Below are positions 20,902 to 30,516 of a DNA stretch of 64,000 nt, one piece after another (positions within the stretch are counted from its first letter, which is position 1; each line of letters starts with the position of its first letter). The notes beneath the pieces were generated by a model, which ran no database searches, was not told where the DNA came from, and saw nothing but the letters and a program-made list of their open reading frames with translations. Source of the stretch: Myxococcales bacterium (GTDB lineage: Bacteria; Myxococcota_A; UBA9042; JABWCM01; BTVJ01); the NCBI GenBank assembly GCA_045863395.1, contig BTVJ01000039.1, positions 1 through 64,000 on the forward strand, written 5' to 3'. Both the position numbers and the translations under genes were made by a program.

Positions 20902-21659
20902 CCGTCGACCCCTACGAGGAGGGTGGCCTGCCAGCCCACGTCCGCCTTGAGCAGCGCGTGCGCGCGGCGGCTGCCGACGAGAAGCAGAACCGCTGGTTCA
21001 CCCCCCCCGCGGAGACCGATGACACGGACTCCTGGGCGCTCACCTATCTGGACGTGGTGACGCTGCTCCTCACCCTCTTCGTTGCGCTGATGGCGCGGGC
21101 GACCCTGGACGCGGGGGGCGCGAGCAGGGAGCGGCCCGCCAGCCTGCAGGAGCTCGCGAAGGCCCCCGCCGTCGCGCCGGTGGCTCCGGCGCCGTTGCCA
21201 CCAGCCGACCCGGCCCCCGAGACGAAGGTCGAAGAGGAGCTCCCCGACGCCCTCCTGCAGGGGCTCGGCGACGGCGTCCTCGTGCGGCAGGTCAAGGGGG
21301 GCGTCGAGCTGCGAATCCAGGACAGCATCCTCTTCGAGCCGGGCAAGGCCGCCCTGAAGCCGGCGGCCCACGGCGTGCTCGACCGGCTGGTCACTGCCCT
21401 GATGGCCGGCGCCAGCCCGATCACCGTCGAGGGGCACACGGACGATGTGCCCATCTCCAGCGGGCGCTTCCCGTCCAACTGGGAGCTGTCCTCCGCCCGC
21501 GCCTCCGCCGTGGTGCGCTACCTCATCGAGCAGGGGGTCCCCGCCCGCCGCCTCCGCGCCGTCGGTTACGCCGACACGTCACCGGTTGCGAGCAACGAGA
21601 CTGACGCGGGCCGCGCCAGCAACCGCCGCGTGTCGCTGCTGTTGTCGACGGCGTTGTAA
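20898..21659 (+). CDS. motB: MotB-family stator B subunit with OmpA-like peptidoglycan-binding domain
   Basis: WALTYLDVVTLLLTLFV (conserved Asp); VEGHTDD, SNWELSSARA, NRRV. Confidence 0.9.
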   Translation: MTVDPYEEGGLPAHVRLEQRVRAAAADEKQNRWFTPPAETDDTDSWALTYLDVVTLLLTLFVALMARATLDAGGASRERPASLQELAKAPAVAPVAPAPLPPADPAPETKVEEELPDALLQGLGDGVLVRQVKGGVELRIQDSILFEPGKAALKPAAHGVLDRLVTALMAGASPITVEGHTDDVPISSGRFPSNWELSSARASAVVRYLIEQGVPARRLRAVGYADTSPVASNETDAGRASNRRVSLLLSTAL

Positions 21660-21764
21660 CCAGGCCGCCCGACGCCTCGTCGTGCATGTAACCGTGATCT
21701 GTCGCTTTCGCCTCGCGAACATGGCAACCTCTCCCGTTGGACGCTTCGCCACGCGGGAGTCACC

Positions 21765-22196
21765 ATGCGCGTCCTGGCCCTGCTCCTCACCCTGCTCGCC
21801 TCCACGGCCTTCGCGGCGACCCCCGCGGGTCTGTCCATCGTGCCGCGCTCCTTCGAGTACGAGCTGAACCAGAGGCGAGGCGCCGCCGTTCCGCTGCGCA
21901 TCGACGTGGCCAACGAGGGGCCAGAGCAGGAGGCGTGGGTGCTGGTGGTGGTCCACGAGGCGAGCACGGGGGCGGAGGTCGAGCTCTACTCCCAACCGCT
22001 CGTCGTCCCGGCCGGCGGCCGGGCGCGCTTCGACGCCCAGGACGGCCTGTCCGTTCGCCTCGCCCGCGACGGAATCTACACCCTGACCGCCATCGTCTTC
22101 ACGGCGGGGCCCGACGGCGACCTGCGCGCGGACACGCTCCACGAGCCGCGCCCCATCTACGTTGGCTCAGCGCAGCGCAAGGCCTGCCACCGCTGA
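21765..22196 (+). CDS. Small secreted protein, probable Ig-like beta sandwich
   Basis: Signal peptide MRVLALLLTLLASTAFA; GGAG RBS; beta-strand pattern. Confidence 0.7.
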   Translation: MRVLALLLTLLASTAFAATPAGLSIVPRSFEYELNQRRGAAVPLRIDVANEGPEQEAWVLVVVHEASTGAEVELYSQPLVVPAGGRARFDAQDGLSVRLARDGIYTLTAIVFTAGPDGDLRADTLHEPRPIYVGSAQRKACHR

Positions 22197-22199
22197 CCT

Positions 22200-22814
22200 C
22201 TATGGCTCCGCCACGTCCCCGAACCGCAGCTCGTGGCGCGCCCCACCCACGGCGTTGACCACCTGGCGCCCGACGCGCACGCCGCCCATGCGCAGCTCCA
22301 CCACCCGCCGCCCTGGCCTCACGAACAGCTCCGCGGGGCTCGTCAGGTCGGCGTCCGGGCCCGCCTGGCGCCCGTCGATGAGCACGGCCGCCCCGGCGGG
22401 CTCGGAGCGGATGGACAGCAGCGCAAGGCGCGCTCGGGCCTGCGCCTCGAGGGCGGAGACCGTGTAGTCCACCTCCCGGCGACGATCATCCCAGAACAGC
22501 TCGACGGAGGGGTAGGCTCGCCCCGTGATCCGCAGGAACCGCCTGTACATCTCGATGGCGTTGGGCAGGTCGCCCATCTTCTCGTAGGTGAGCGCCACCA
22601 GGAGGGTCATGCGGAAGGTCTCGTCGTCGTCGCCCTCCACCATGAAGAGGCAGCGCTTGAACTGCACCAGGGCGGCGGACAGGTCGCCGACGCGCATCTG
22701 GCTCTGGCCTTGCTGGAAGACCCGCTCCACGTAAGGGGACCGCTCCGCCCGGGCTCCGCTGGGCACCAGGGCCGCGCACCCGAGCACGACGATCAAGGCA
22801 GGGACGATCCGCAT
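22200..22814 (-). CDS. TPR + PEGA domain exported protein
   Basis: Signal peptide; ALTYEKMGDLPNAIEMYRRFL TPR; LSIRSEPAGAAVLIDG PEGA. Confidence 0.8.
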   Translation of the reverse strand: MRIVPALIVVLGCAALVPSGARAERSPYVERVFQQGQSQMRVGDLSAALVQFKRCLFMVEGDDDETFRMTLLVALTYEKMGDLPNAIEMYRRFLRITGRAYPSVELFWDDRRREVDYTVSALEAQARARLALLSIRSEPAGAAVLIDGRQAGPDADLTSPAELFVRPGRRVVELRMGGVRVGRQVVNAVGGARHELRFGDVAEP

Positions 22815-22909
22815 GGGCCTCCAACCTTTCCCAACGGGCCGGCAGATGGTATTCCTGATCTCCGCCGCGCGATGCAACATCCGACGGTTTCACCATCAGG
22901 GAGTGTGCG

Positions 22910-25900
22910 ATGTCCAGTCCCCGTCTTCGGACCTCAGCGCTCGTTGCCTTCTGCGGGGCCCTCGTGACGCTCAACGGGTGCCCGGACGAGCGTATTCGCG
23001 TCGGCGGCTTCTGCTCGTCGGGCGCCGAGTGCCCCGCCGGCCAGGTCTGCGCGGGCGGCCTGTGCGTGGGCACGTGCACCACCAACGACGACTGCGGGGC
23101 GGGCGAGGTTTGCCGGGATCAGGTGTGCCTGCCCACGTGCGAGGTGCAAGCCGACTGCCTCGTCGAGGGTGGTGACGTCGCGCGCCTCTGCGACGAGGGG
23201 GCCTGCACCCCGGCTGAGCGCCCAGGCCGCGTGACCGCCGGCGAGGCCCGCGCCGTGGACGAGGGGGAGCGGGTCGTGCTCTCGGCGGGTGGCAGCGCCG
23301 CCATCGACCCTGACGGCACCACCTACACCTGGGAGCAGGTCGCGTCCAACCCCAAGGGCGTCACCGTGGTCCTCGCGGCGGGCAAGAGCGACGGCATCGC
23401 AGCGCCGGACGTGGTCTTCGACGCGCCCTCGGTCGTCCAGGACACCACGCTCCTCTTCCGGCTCACCATGCAGGACTCCGGTGGGTACAACGCCAAGGCC
23501 GAGGTGGAGATCACGGTCAGGAACTCGGTCAACGAGGCGCCCGTCGCCGCGGTCGCTGCCGGCGCCGAGTCGGCCCAGGCCGGCGAGACGGTGACCCTCT
23601 CCGCAGCGGGCTCCAGCGACCCCAACCCGGGCGACGCGCTCTCGTGGTCCTGGTCGTGGGCCCTGGAGCCTCCGGCGGAGGGCGTGACCATCACGCTGAC
23701 CGACCTCTCGGAGGCGGGGGACATGAGCGAGGTGTCCTTCGTGGCGCCGGAGCTGCCGGTGGACACGGTGATCACCTTCACCGTGACCTTCAGCGACGGA
23801 ATCTCGGAGTCCACGGCCACCGTCCAGGTGACGATCCTGGCGAAGCCGGAGCCGACCTGTGACCCGACCAAGTGCGACGACGGCAACCCCTGCACCGACG
23901 ACGGCTGCATCCCGCTCCAGGGGTGCACCCACGACCAGCTCACCGGCGCGGCCTGTGACGACGGGGATCCATGCACGCTGGGCGATGCCTGCACCCAGGG
24001 CGCGTGTGTGGGGACGCCCATGGTCTGCGACGATGGCGAGCTCTGCACCAACGAGCAGTGCGAGGGCGGCTCCTGTGTCACCACGCACAACAAGAAGCCC
24101 TGCGACGACGGGGACGGCTGCACGGTGGACGACGTGTGCACGGCGGGGTCCTGCGTCGGCAAGCCGAGGGACTGCAACGACGGGGTCTACTGCACCGACA
24201 ACGCGTGCGTCGATGGTGATTGCGTCGCCACGCCCAACTCGCTGCCCTGTGACGACGGCAACGTCTGCACGTCGCAGGACAAGTGCGACGGGGGCTCCTG
24301 CAAGGGCGTGCAGAAGGACTGCGACGACTCCAACCCCTGCACCAACGACGGCTGCCAGCAGGGCGTCTGCGTCTACCTGAACAACTCGGCGCCCTGCGAG
24401 GACGGCAACAAGTGCACGCTGAACGACTCCTGCGCGGAGGGCTTCTGCAAGCCGGGCACGAAGGACCCCTGCTCCGACGGCAACGTGTGCACCGTGGACT
24501 CGTGCGTGGCGGCGACGGGCTGCGCCTGGGAGCCGAAGAGCGCGGGGGTGTGTGACGACGGCGACGCCTGCACGACCAATGACCTGTGCGTGGTCGGCGT
24601 CTGCACGGGCAAGCCCGTGTCCTGCGACGACGGCAACCCCTGCACCGACGACGCGTGCGGGGAGGGCGGGTGCGCACACGTGCCGAACTCCCTGTTCTGC
24701 GACGACGGCGACGCGTGCACGGTGGGCGATGTGTGTGCAGAGGGGGTGTGCGGGGGCGTCGAGCCCAAGGACTGTGACGACGGCGACCTGTGCACCGCCG
24801 ACTCGTGCGTGCCTGCGAGCGACTGTGTCCATGCGTGGCTGCTGGATGCGCCGTGCGACGACGGCGACCCGTGCACGGTGGAAGACACCTGCCTCGACAC
24901 GTTCTGCTGGGGCAGCGCGGTGATCTGCGACGACGGGAGCCCGTGCACCACCGACTTCTGCTCCGATGGCGAGTGCCAGACCGCGCCCGCGGCGGGGCCG
25001 TGCGACGACGGCGATCCCTGCACCCTCGACGACACGTGCAAGGGCGGCGCCTGCGTGCCGGGCCCGTCCCCCTGCGACGACGGCCTCGAGTGCACCGTGG
25101 ACCTGTGCAACCCGGACGCCCCCGGCGAGTGCTCCTGGGCGCCGGCGCCGGCGGGGACGGCGTGCATGGACGCGGGCGGGCTGTGCGGGTACGCCGGGGT
25201 CTGCCACCACTTCGAGGTGCGCAGCTTCCTGCCGACCGCGCCCGTCTTCGAGGGCATCAGGGCCCGCCTGACGGACGTGATGGACGACGCCTATGGGGGC
25301 GTCTCCGCGACGGCGGCCCTCACCTGGGAGACGGGCGAGGGACCCCAGACGGCGGGCTTCATCGTCAACCTGAACCCGGGCGCGCCCCACGCGGTGACTC
25401 ACCAGCGGTACGACGGAGGCCTGCTGACCATCGGGCCCGGCATCGCGGCGGGGCAGGGCGGAGCAATCACCTTGCGGGACGGGTCGTCGTGGTACGACGA
25501 CTTCTGGTTCTCGGAGCAGCTCCTGGGCATGGACGTCGTCACGGTGGCCGCCGGGCAGCCGTGGTATGCCGCCGGAGACCCGTGGGACTGGCTCCTCGGG
25601 GGCCGGAGCCCCGATGGCGACGCGGTGGTCGTGGCCTGCGGCTCCAGCATCGAGGGGTGTGCCCTGGAGTCGGCGAGCGGGCCTGGCTTCGTGTCCACGC
25701 TGTTCGGGGTGTACGTCTACACGCCTGGGGGGGATGGCGGGGATCTGTTGGAGCCAGCCCCGCTGCTGGCCATCTCGACGCTGGACGATGGCAGCTCCCA
25801 GGTCGCATGGAAGGTCGGTCCGGGGGGCTGGGCCGACGAGGGCGGCGGGTGGGACACGGCCGGCCCGCTGGGCTGCCTGGCAGGAGAGCCCGAGACGCCG

Positions 25901-26407
25901 TGCGGCGTGGGCGCCCGCTGGAACGACGCGGCGGGCAGCGGCCTCACGGACCTGTGGCTCGCCGGTGACGGCGGCCTCCTCGTGCGCTTCGGCGGGGAGG
26001 GCTGGAGCGTCGTCGCGCTGGGAGGCCTGAGCGGGGCCTGGCCGGCGGAGGCCTACACGCTGCGCGCCGTGGAGCGCTTCGGCGCCGACCTGTGGATCGC
26101 CGCCGAGGTGCCCGGTTGCGGCGCGGGGGCCTGCGCGACGGACCCGACGTGGCGGTCGCACGTGCTGCTGCACTGGAGCGACGAGGGCGGGTGGACGCCC
26201 GAGCGCCTCCTGGCCGCACGCCAGTGCCCCGCCAAGGGGGATCCGGAGCAGTGCGCGAGCCAGCTCGCCACCTTCACCATCGAGGCGGCGGCCATGAAGT
26301 ACGACGGCACCCTGGCAATCGTCGGGGGGGACCTGGCGCCCCAGGAGCAGGGGCTCTGGCAGGTGCTGCTCGCCTACCTGGTGAGGCTCGACGCCAACGT
26401 GGACTGA
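22910..26407 (+). CDS. Cys-rich lipoprotein with two PKD/Ig-like domains, Dictyostelium-type repeats and a beta-rich C-terminal domain
   Basis: Lipobox LNGC; DPDGTTYTWEQV and NEAPVA..SDPNPGDALSWSW; many CDDGxPCT repeats at about 23860-25200. Confidence 0.88.
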   Translation: MSSPRLRTSALVAFCGALVTLNGCPDERIRVGGFCSSGAECPAGQVCAGGLCVGTCTTNDDCGAGEVCRDQVCLPTCEVQADCLVEGGDVARLCDEGACTPAERPGRVTAGEARAVDEGERVVLSAGGSAAIDPDGTTYTWEQVASNPKGVTVVLAAGKSDGIAAPDVVFDAPSVVQDTTLLFRLTMQDSGGYNAKAEVEITVRNSVNEAPVAAVAAGAESAQAGETVTLSAAGSSDPNPGDALSWSWSWALEPPAEGVTITLTDLSEAGDMSEVSFVAPELPVDTVITFTVTFSDGISESTATVQVTILAKPEPTCDPTKCDDGNPCTDDGCIPLQGCTHDQLTGAACDDGDPCTLGDACTQGACVGTPMVCDDGELCTNEQCEGGSCVTTHNKKPCDDGDGCTVDDVCTAGSCVGKPRDCNDGVYCTDNACVDGDCVATPNSLPCDDGNVCTSQDKCDGGSCKGVQKDCDDSNPCTNDGCQQGVCVYLNNSAPCEDGNKCTLNDSCAEGFCKPGTKDPCSDGNVCTVDSCVAATGCAWEPKSAGVCDDGDACTTNDLCVVGVCTGKPVSCDDGNPCTDDACGEGGCAHVPNSLFCDDGDACTVGDVCAEGVCGGVEPKDCDDGDLCTADSCVPASDCVHAWLLDAPCDDGDPCTVEDTCLDTFCWGSAVICDDGSPCTTDFCSDGECQTAPAAGPCDDGDPCTLDDTCKGGACVPGPSPCDDGLECTVDLCNPDAPGECSWAPAPAGTACMDAGGLCGYAGVCHHFEVRSFLPTAPVFEGIRARLTDVMDDAYGGVSATAALTWETGEGPQTAGFIVNLNPGAPHAVTHQRYDGGLLTIGPGIAAGQGGAITLRDGSSWYDDFWFSEQLLGMDVVTVAAGQPWYAAGDPWDWLLGGRSPDGDAVVVACGSSIEGCALESASGPGFVSTLFGVYVYTPGGDGGDLLEPAPLLAISTLDDGSSQVAWKVGPGGWADEGGGWDTAGPLGCLAGEPETPCGVGARWNDAAGSGLTDLWLAGDGGLLVRFGGEGWSVVALGGLSGAWPAEAYTLRAVERFGADLWIAAEVPGCGAGACATDPTWRSHVLLHWSDEGGWTPERLLAARQCPAKGDPEQCASQLATFTIEAAAMKYDGTLAIVGGDLAPQEQGLWQVLLAYLVRLDANVD

Positions 26408-26449
26408 GTGGGACGCTATCCGGCTGCGCGGGCGCGCGGGCCGTGAGGA

Positions 26450-27358
26450 GTGAGGGTCAAGCTCGTGTACGACGTGGCTCGACTGTTCCGGGACGAGGTC
26501 CGGGGCTTGATGGATCGGCTGAGCACCGAGCCCGCCGAGTGGTGGACGGAGGTGTCGGACCTGTTCCTCCCCGAGATCACGCGCGCTGCGCAGATCCAGG
26601 TGCGCCTGGGGCTCGGCGGTGTGGCGCTCGTGGTGCGCAGCGAGCTCCACAGCGCCCGCACCCGCCTGTACGGGCTGCTTGGGGAGCGGGGGCTCGACTT
26701 CAAGGTCGCCTCGGGCTGCGAGCGGCTGTCCGATCTCTTCCCCGATGCCGGGTGGCTCCTGAAGATCGGCCTGTGCGGCCTGGAGCCGCACTCCCGCTTG
26801 TTCTGCGACGAGCGCATCAGCCTGGAGGAGCTGCGGCGGGTGCTCGACATCCTCGACCTGCCGGCGGAGGGCGTGGAGGTCGGCCGGGCGCTCCTGGACG
26901 CGACGGGGGCGCCGGCCCTGCGCTACTTCTCCGTCGCCCCCGGGGATCCCGTCACCTTGGAGATCTGCGCGTCCCGCCCTCCCGAGCCGGGTGGCATGCC
27001 GTCGACGCTGGACTCGCTGCGGTCAACGGCTGGACTCGTCGAGGACGATCGCTTCGAGGCCATGCGGGAGCACCACGGGGCCCTGTGCCGGTACGGGCGG
27101 CAGCGGTACTCGCTGCAGCTCGACGGCTCCGGGGCGATGCGCGGCATCAAGGTCGAGTACGCGGACACCCCGCTCGACGCCATGCTGCCGGCCGTCTCGA
27201 ACCTGGCAGCGTCCCCGGCCCTGTCGGCGCGTCGGCTCCAGGTGGCGGCTCGCTACATGGCCATGAAGGTGGCCGACCACCTCACGGTTCGCGTCGAGGG
27301 GGACGGCGCGCTTGAGCTCTCGGTCTACTACAACCGCTTGTACGCTGTCGCCGCGTGA
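26450..27358 (+). CDS. Hypothetical cytoplasmic protein (alpha/beta; possibly ABBA prenyltransferase-like fold)
   Basis: High GC3 ORF between co-oriented genes; the fold call is a guess from pattern only. Confidence 0.7.
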   Translation: MRVKLVYDVARLFRDEVRGLMDRLSTEPAEWWTEVSDLFLPEITRAAQIQVRLGLGGVALVVRSELHSARTRLYGLLGERGLDFKVASGCERLSDLFPDAGWLLKIGLCGLEPHSRLFCDERISLEELRRVLDILDLPAEGVEVGRALLDATGAPALRYFSVAPGDPVTLEICASRPPEPGGMPSTLDSLRSTAGLVEDDRFEAMREHHGALCRYGRQRYSLQLDGSGAMRGIKVEYADTPLDAMLPAVSNLAASPALSARRLQVAARYMAMKVADHLTVRVEGDGALELSVYYNRLYAVAA

Positions 27359-27368
27359 GGTGAAGGGC

Positions 27369-28034
27369 ATGAGACCATTGGTGGGCGCGCTGACCCTCGC
27401 GGTGGCGCTGGGCGTCGGGGGCTGCTTCGGGAGCGGCGACCTGGACTTCGAGCAGGGAGACGCCGGCGCGGATGGCGGCTCGGGCGCCCTGGACGCGGCG
27501 GCGGACACGGGCGGCTTGGACACTGCAGACGCGAGCGCCGAGGATGCGGGCCCTGGAGACACGGGGCCTGCCGACACCGGTCCTGGTGACACCGGCCCTG
27601 CCGACACGGGCCCTGCCGACACGGGCGCTGGAGCCGACGTCGTGGACGCGGGCCCCGCTCCGGACGCGGGAGGTGACGCCGGCGCGCCGGACGCCGGGCC
27701 GGACACGTCCTGCTCGCCTGCGGTCCCGTACGGCGACGTCCAGGCCCTCTGGAACAAGCGGTGTAGCGGGTGCCACGTCGGGGCCGCGTTGGGAGGGCTG
27801 AGCCTGGACAAGGGGGAGGCCCTGCTCGTCGACAAGCCGTCCGTGGCGGTCCCGGCGCTGGACCGGGTGGAGCCCGGCGATCCCTCCAAGAGCTACCTGT
27901 GGCTGAAGCTGACGGACCAGCACGAGGCGGCCGGTGGCGGCGGGTCCCCCATGCCGGTCGGGGGCTACCCCCTCCCGCAGGCGGAGCTCGACACCATCGA
28001 GGCGTGGATCCTGGGGCTCGCGCCCTGCCCCTGA
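27369..28034 (+). CDS. Lipoprotein with monoheme c-type cytochrome domain
   Basis: Lipobox VGGC; CSGCH heme motif; VEPGDPSKSYL, distal MP, IEAWI. Confidence 0.85.
   Translation: MRPLVGALTLAVALGVGGCFGSGDLDFEQGDAGADGGSGALDAAADTGGLDTADASAEDAGPGDTGPADTGPGDTGPADTGPADTGAGADVVDAGPAPDAGGDAGAPDAGPDTSCSPAVPYGDVQALWNKRCSGCHVGAALGGLSLDKGEALLVDKPSVAVPALDRVEPGDPSKSYLWLKLTDQHEAAGGGGSPMPVGGYPLPQAELDTIEAWILGLAPCP
27543..27632 (+). repeat. 15-bp coding tandem repeat (D-T-G-P-A/G, about 6 copies) linker
   Basis: gacac(g/c)gg(g/t/c)cctg(cc/gt) units. Confidence 0.8.
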
Positions 28035-28357
28035 GCCCCCGGGCTCAGCGGCTGCACACCGCCAGGACCTGCTTCAGGTCCGTCTTGCCCATCACCGACT
28101 TCTCGATGCCGTCCTGGAGCAGCGTGGTCATGCCGTCGGCCATGGCGAGGTCCCGGGTCTCGGACACCGGCGCCTTCTTCTGGGTGGCGGCCTTGACCGC
28201 GTCGGTGCCTACCAGCAGCGCGTGGATCGCGAGGCGTCCCTTGTAGCCCGTGCCCTTGCACGCCTCGCAGCCCGGCGCGCTCCAGAGGCGCAGCTCGCTC
28301 CGGTCCCGCACACCGAGCCGCCTCCGCATCTGGGCCTCTCCGAAGCTCTGCTCGATC
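28032..28357 (-). pseudogene. Duplicated 3' end of the pilB/gspE-like gene (direct repeat of 30504-30829)
   Basis: 326-bp copy with 3 synonymous mismatches; lacks the 5' part of the gene. Confidence 0.92.
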
Positions 28358-28371
28358 ACGCGGCAGGGGAG

Positions 28372-29394
28372 CTACGCCCGCCGGCGCTCGCCGGCTTCGG
28401 CTCCGACCTCCTGCAGACGGCTCTCATGGGAAGAGAACGTGACCACCACGCTGCCGTGCGGGCGGTCCGTCTCCACGCGGGCGTGGGCCTCCACGATTCG
28501 CTCGAGCGGGTAGCTGCCGTCGATCACGGGCCAGATCGCGCCTTGCTCCGCCAGGTCACGCACCTGCTCCATGTCTGCGCGGCTGCCGAACGCGGCGCCG
28601 ACCATGGCCCTCCGCCCCCCGAACAGGGAGGTCACCAGCATCTGAACCAACACGGTCGCGGTCATGTAGAGTGACAAGAACCGCCCGCGGGGTGTCAGCG
28701 AGGCCTTGCACCTGCCGAAGCTGCTCGTATCCGATGCGTCGAAGATGATGTCGTACTCTCGCCCGCCAGCGCTGAAGTCCTCGCGTCTGTGGTCGACGAC
28801 ATGGGCGGCGCCGAGCGAGCGCACCAGCTCATGGTCGCTGCCGCAGACTCCCGTGACCTCTGCGCCGAAGTGAGCGGCGACCTGCACCGCGTAGCGCCCG
28901 ACACCGCCCGAGGCGCCGATGACCAGCACCCGCTGGCCGCGCTCGACCCGCCCGAGGTCGCGCAGGTAGATCAGCGCCGTCATCGCTCCGTAGGGCAGGG
29001 CGGCCGCCTCGCCGTAGCCCATGGCCGCCGGCATCTGCGCCACGGTGCCGTCCGCCGGCACGGCCACGTACTCGCCGTAGGCGCCGCTCATGCAGCTCCC
29101 AAACACGTCGTCGCCCGGGACGAAGCGCGTCACGCCCTTGCCGACGGCCGCGACACGGCCCGCGAACATGGTGCCGAGGACCCGGGCCTTGGGGCGGAAG
29201 AGGCCGACCATGGGGCGGCCGGGCAACCACGAGATGCCGGGGAAGTCGGCGGACCGCAGCCGTCGGTCTCCCTGGGTCACCGTGCTGGCCTGGACCTGCA
29301 CGAGGATCTCGCCGTCCCCGGCCGTGGGGGTCGGCACCTCGCGCACCCGAAGAACGTCAGGGGCGCCGTACGTGTCGTATGTTGCTGCTCTCAT
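28372..29394 (-). CDS. NAD(P)-dependent MDR-family oxidoreductase (quinone oxidoreductase/ADH-like)
   Basis: YGAPDVL, VLVIGASGGVGRYAVQ Rossmann motif, YPLERIVEAH; GAGAGG RBS. Confidence 0.92.
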   Translation of the reverse strand: MRAATYDTYGAPDVLRVREVPTPTAGDGEILVQVQASTVTQGDRRLRSADFPGISWLPGRPMVGLFRPKARVLGTMFAGRVAAVGKGVTRFVPGDDVFGSCMSGAYGEYVAVPADGTVAQMPAAMGYGEAAALPYGAMTALIYLRDLGRVERGQRVLVIGASGGVGRYAVQVAAHFGAEVTGVCGSDHELVRSLGAAHVVDHRREDFSAGGREYDIIFDASDTSSFGRCKASLTPRGRFLSLYMTATVLVQMLVTSLFGGRRAMVGAAFGSRADMEQVRDLAEQGAIWPVIDGSYPLERIVEAHARVETDRPHGSVVVTFSSHESRLQEVGAEAGERRRA

Positions 29395-29464
29395 GGGATG
29401 ACCTCTCATTGTTCAGGGTGTGCTGGCCGGCCCGCCTCGTTGCTGACCTGTGAACACCGTACCT

Positions 29465-29521
29465 ATGCCGACGTGCATTGAACATTGCTCGAATTCGTGG
29501 ATGTGTTATGCATTAGTGCAT
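29465..29521. promoter_or_regulatory. Divergent promoter region with two ATGC-N6-GCAT palindromes, candidate LysR operators
   Basis: ATGCcgacgtGCAT (29465-29478) and ATGCattagtGCAT (29508-29521), the second overlapping the LysR start codon. Confidence 0.55.
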
Positions 29522-30431
29522 GAATTGGAGCACCATCGACTTCGACTGGAACCGGGCTCGCGCGTTTCTGCTGACCGCGGAGGAGGGGTCGTTCTCAGCA
29601 GCCGCGCGGGCCCTGAGCATGGCCCAGCCGACGGTCGGCCGTCAGGTCGCGGCGCTCGAGGAGGAGCTGGGTGTGGCGCTCTTCGAGCGCGTGGGCCGGG
29701 GGCTGCAGGTCACGCCCACTGGGCTTGAGCTGCTCGAGCACGTGCGCGCCATGGGCCAGGCGGCGGCGCGCGTCTCACTGAGTGCTGCGGGCCAGTCGGT
29801 CACCATCGACGGCACGATCTGCATCACGGCGAGCGAGGTCTTCGCGGCCTACGTCCTACCGCCGATCATCGCAACGATTCGCGCGACCCACCCAGGTATC
29901 GACATCGAGATCGTGGCCTCGAACAAGGCCAGCAATCTGCATCGGCGCGAGGCGGACATCGCTGTGCGCAGCTTCCGCCCCACCGAGCCGGAGCTGGTCG
30001 CCCGAAAGGTCCAGGACGGCTTTGCCCGCCTGTACGCCTCGCCGGCCTACCTGGAGCGAATCGGCGACCCGACCACGGTCGAGGGGCTCTCGTGCGCAGA
30101 TTTCATCGGATTCGACCGATCCGATCTGGTGATCGCCGGTCTGAATGCCCGCGGCCTGAATGTGACCTCCAGGAACTTCCCCATCCTGACCGAGAATCAC
30201 CTGGTGCAGTGGGAGCTCGCAAAGCAGGGGATGGGCATCTGCATCATGATGGAGCAGATAGGCGACGCCGAGCCTCGCGTGCGCCGGGCGCTCTACGACT
30301 TTCCGCCGATCGAGGTGCCGACCTGGCTGGTCAGCCACCGCGACGTGCGGACGAGCCGGCGCGTGCGGGTCGTGTTCGACGTGCTGGCCGCGGCGCTGAG
30401 TGGCGACGCTGCGCCAGACGCCGGGGAGTAG
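29520..30431 (+). CDS. LysR-family transcriptional regulator
   Basis: EEGSFSAAARALSMAQPTVGRQVAALEEELGVALFER HTH; READIAVR. Confidence 0.95.
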   Translation: MNWSTIDFDWNRARAFLLTAEEGSFSAAARALSMAQPTVGRQVAALEEELGVALFERVGRGLQVTPTGLELLEHVRAMGQAAARVSLSAAGQSVTIDGTICITASEVFAAYVLPPIIATIRATHPGIDIEIVASNKASNLHRREADIAVRSFRPTEPELVARKVQDGFARLYASPAYLERIGDPTTVEGLSCADFIGFDRSDLVIAGLNARGLNVTSRNFPILTENHLVQWELAKQGMGICIMMEQIGDAEPRVRRALYDFPPIEVPTWLVSHRDVRTSRRVRVVFDVLAAALSGDAAPDAGE

Positions 30432-30516
30432 CTGCAGAGTCGACTGCCGCAGACGACCCGATGCTGACGCGAGGACTGGTTCCTGTGGCTCGCGCCTCAC
30501 GCTTGAGCCCCCGGGC

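Noticed and set aside
28045..28359. Independent small 104-aa gene
   Set aside because: Identical to the PilB C-terminus and lacks a proper start context; treated as a duplication remnant.
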